64,000 bases of DNA from an uncultured Chloroflexia bacterium (GTDB lineage: Bacteria; Chloroflexota; Limnocylindria; QHBO01): positions 288,001 through 352,000 of the forward strand of contig CAWFCQ010000004.1 of NCBI GenBank assembly GCA_963814375.1, written 5' to 3'. Both the position numbers and the translations under genes were made by a program. The number at the start of each line of letters is the position of its first letter. The first letter of the stretch is position 1. Positions 62,856 through 64,000 of the stretch are shown one piece after another. The notes under the pieces are model-generated. The model was not told the origin of the DNA and searched no databases. It saw only the letters and a list, made by a program, of their open reading frames with translations.

Positions 62856-63661
62856 CCGCGTCAGACGGCAGCATCCGCATCGGCGTCATCGGGGACATCA
62901 TCGGCAAGCCCGGCCGGCTGGCGGTCATGCACGCGCTGCCCGACCTGCGCCGCGAGCTGGCGCTCGACATGGTCATCGCCAACGGTGAGAACACCGCCGC
63001 AGGAGCGGGGTTGACGCCCTCCCTGGCCGAGGAGCTCCTCGGTGGCGGCATCGACGTCATCACCAGCGGCAACCACATCTGGGACAAGCGCGAGATCTAC
63101 GACTATCTCGACACCGATCGGCCCGTGCTGCGGCCGATCAACTACCCAGACGAGGCCCCCGGACGCGGCTGGCTGGTGCACCACACCGATGCCGGCGAAG
63201 AGGTCGCCGTGGTCAACGCCATGGGGCGGGTCTTCATGAACCAGCTCGACTCGCCGTTCACGAAGCTCGACGAGCTGCTCGACGGCGCGGCCGACCCGCT
63301 GCCCCCGCTTCGCATCCTCGACTTCCACTGCGAGATCACCTCGGAGAAAAACGCGATGGGCTGGTACCTCGACGGCAGGGTCAGCGCGGTGGTTGGGACG
63401 CACACCCACGTGCCGACCGCCGACGCGCGCGTGCTGCCGGGTGGAACGGCGTACATCAGCGACATCGGCATGACCGGCCCGCGCGACTCGATCATCGGGT
63501 TCAGCCTGGAAACGGTGCTGCCGCGCTTCACGCGCCACCTGCCCACGCGCTTCAACGTGGCGGACGGGCCGGTCTCGTTCAACGCCGTCGTCATCACCGC
63601 ATCGCCGGCAACCGGGCGCGCCAGCGCGATCGAGCAGGTGCAGCGCCTGATCGAGGTCTAG
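62852..63661 (+). CDS. ymdB: TIGR00282/YmdB family metallophosphoesterase
   Basis: [40 protein letters not shown]. Confidence 0.92.
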   Translation: MTASDGSIRIGVIGDIIGKPGRLAVMHALPDLRRELALDMVIANGENTAAGAGLTPSLAEELLGGGIDVITSGNHIWDKREIYDYLDTDRPVLRPINYPDEAPGRGWLVHHTDAGEEVAVVNAMGRVFMNQLDSPFTKLDELLDGAADPLPPLRILDFHCEITSEKNAMGWYLDGRVSAVVGTHTHVPTADARVLPGGTAYISDIGMTGPRDSIIGFSLETVLPRFTRHLPTRFNVADGPVSFNAVVITASPATGRASAIEQVQRLIEV

Positions 63662-63675
63662 GTGGGGCAGCGCGA

Positions 63676-63693
63676 AGTATATACGTATATACT
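63676..63693. promoter_or_regulatory. Perfect 18-bp AT-rich palindrome AGTATATACGTATATACT containing -10 TATACT before miaA
   Basis: Self-complementary and also a GTATATAC x2 direct repeat. Confidence 0.55.
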
Positions 63694-63696
63694 CGC

Positions 63697-64000
63697 GTGC
63701 CGGTGACCAGCCCGCCGCTCTTCGGCGTCGTCGGGCCGACAGCATCGGGCAAGACCGATCTTGCCCTCGCCCTCGCGCGGCAGTTCTCGGTCGAGGTGCT
63801 GGTTGCGGACTCGCGCCAGGTGTACCGCGGCATGGACGTGGGCACCGCCAAGCCCAACGCCGAGGCGCGCGCCACGGTCCGGCATCACCTGGTCGACCTC
63901 GTGGATCCCGACGAGGCGTTCACCGTGGCGCAGTGGGTCGAGCTCGCCCGTGGCCTGATCCCGGAGGTTGCCGCACGTGAGCGGGTGCCGATGCTCGTCG
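63697..64000 (+). CDS. miaA: tRNA dimethylallyltransferase (5' part, runs off the window)
   Basis: VVGPTASGKTDLA, ADSRQVYRGMDVGTAKP, HHLVD. Confidence 0.9.
   Translation, partial: MPVTSPPLFGVVGPTASGKTDLALALARQFSVEVLVADSRQVYRGMDVGTAKPNAEARATVRHHLVDLVDPDEAFTVAQWVELARGLIPEVAARERVPMLV

Overview
High-GC bacterial chromosome segment. Gene content, a Firmicutes-like ruv/que/recA/rny gene order and a Cheo-type SOS box suggest Chloroflexota, possibly Limnocylindria-like (inference). The core backbone is EF-G2, yebC, ruvC-ruvA, then ruvB-DUF2905-queA-tgt, recA-recX and rny-ymdB-miaA. Two accessory blocks interrupt it. (1) About 3.1-14.4 kb is a sulfatase/membrane island: K-channel-like protein, FGE, PLDc_N/SHOCT, tandem AI-2E, DUF6325, SHOCT, arylsulfatase, an internally deleted BASS symporter, NhaP, and an ECF sigma factor that appears fused to a receiver-like and a PAS domain. 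(2) About 31.5 kb between ruvA and ruvB holds a dispersed purine catabolism route (xanthine dehydrogenase, MocA, uricase, UraH, UraD, hydantoinase with DUF3830, malate synthase), plus cNMP signalling genes, envelope peptidases, MurJ and DinB/VOC genes. It also holds a perfect LexA-type box in front of an unknown double zinc-finger gene and an orphan methyltransferase. Many genes look leaderless (TANNNT 6-8 nt before the start codon). About 14 genes carry single-base frameshifts, most simply explained by long-read assembly error. No rRNA, tRNA, CRISPR array, transposase or integrase was recognised. All family calls come from motif recognition by eye, not database searches.
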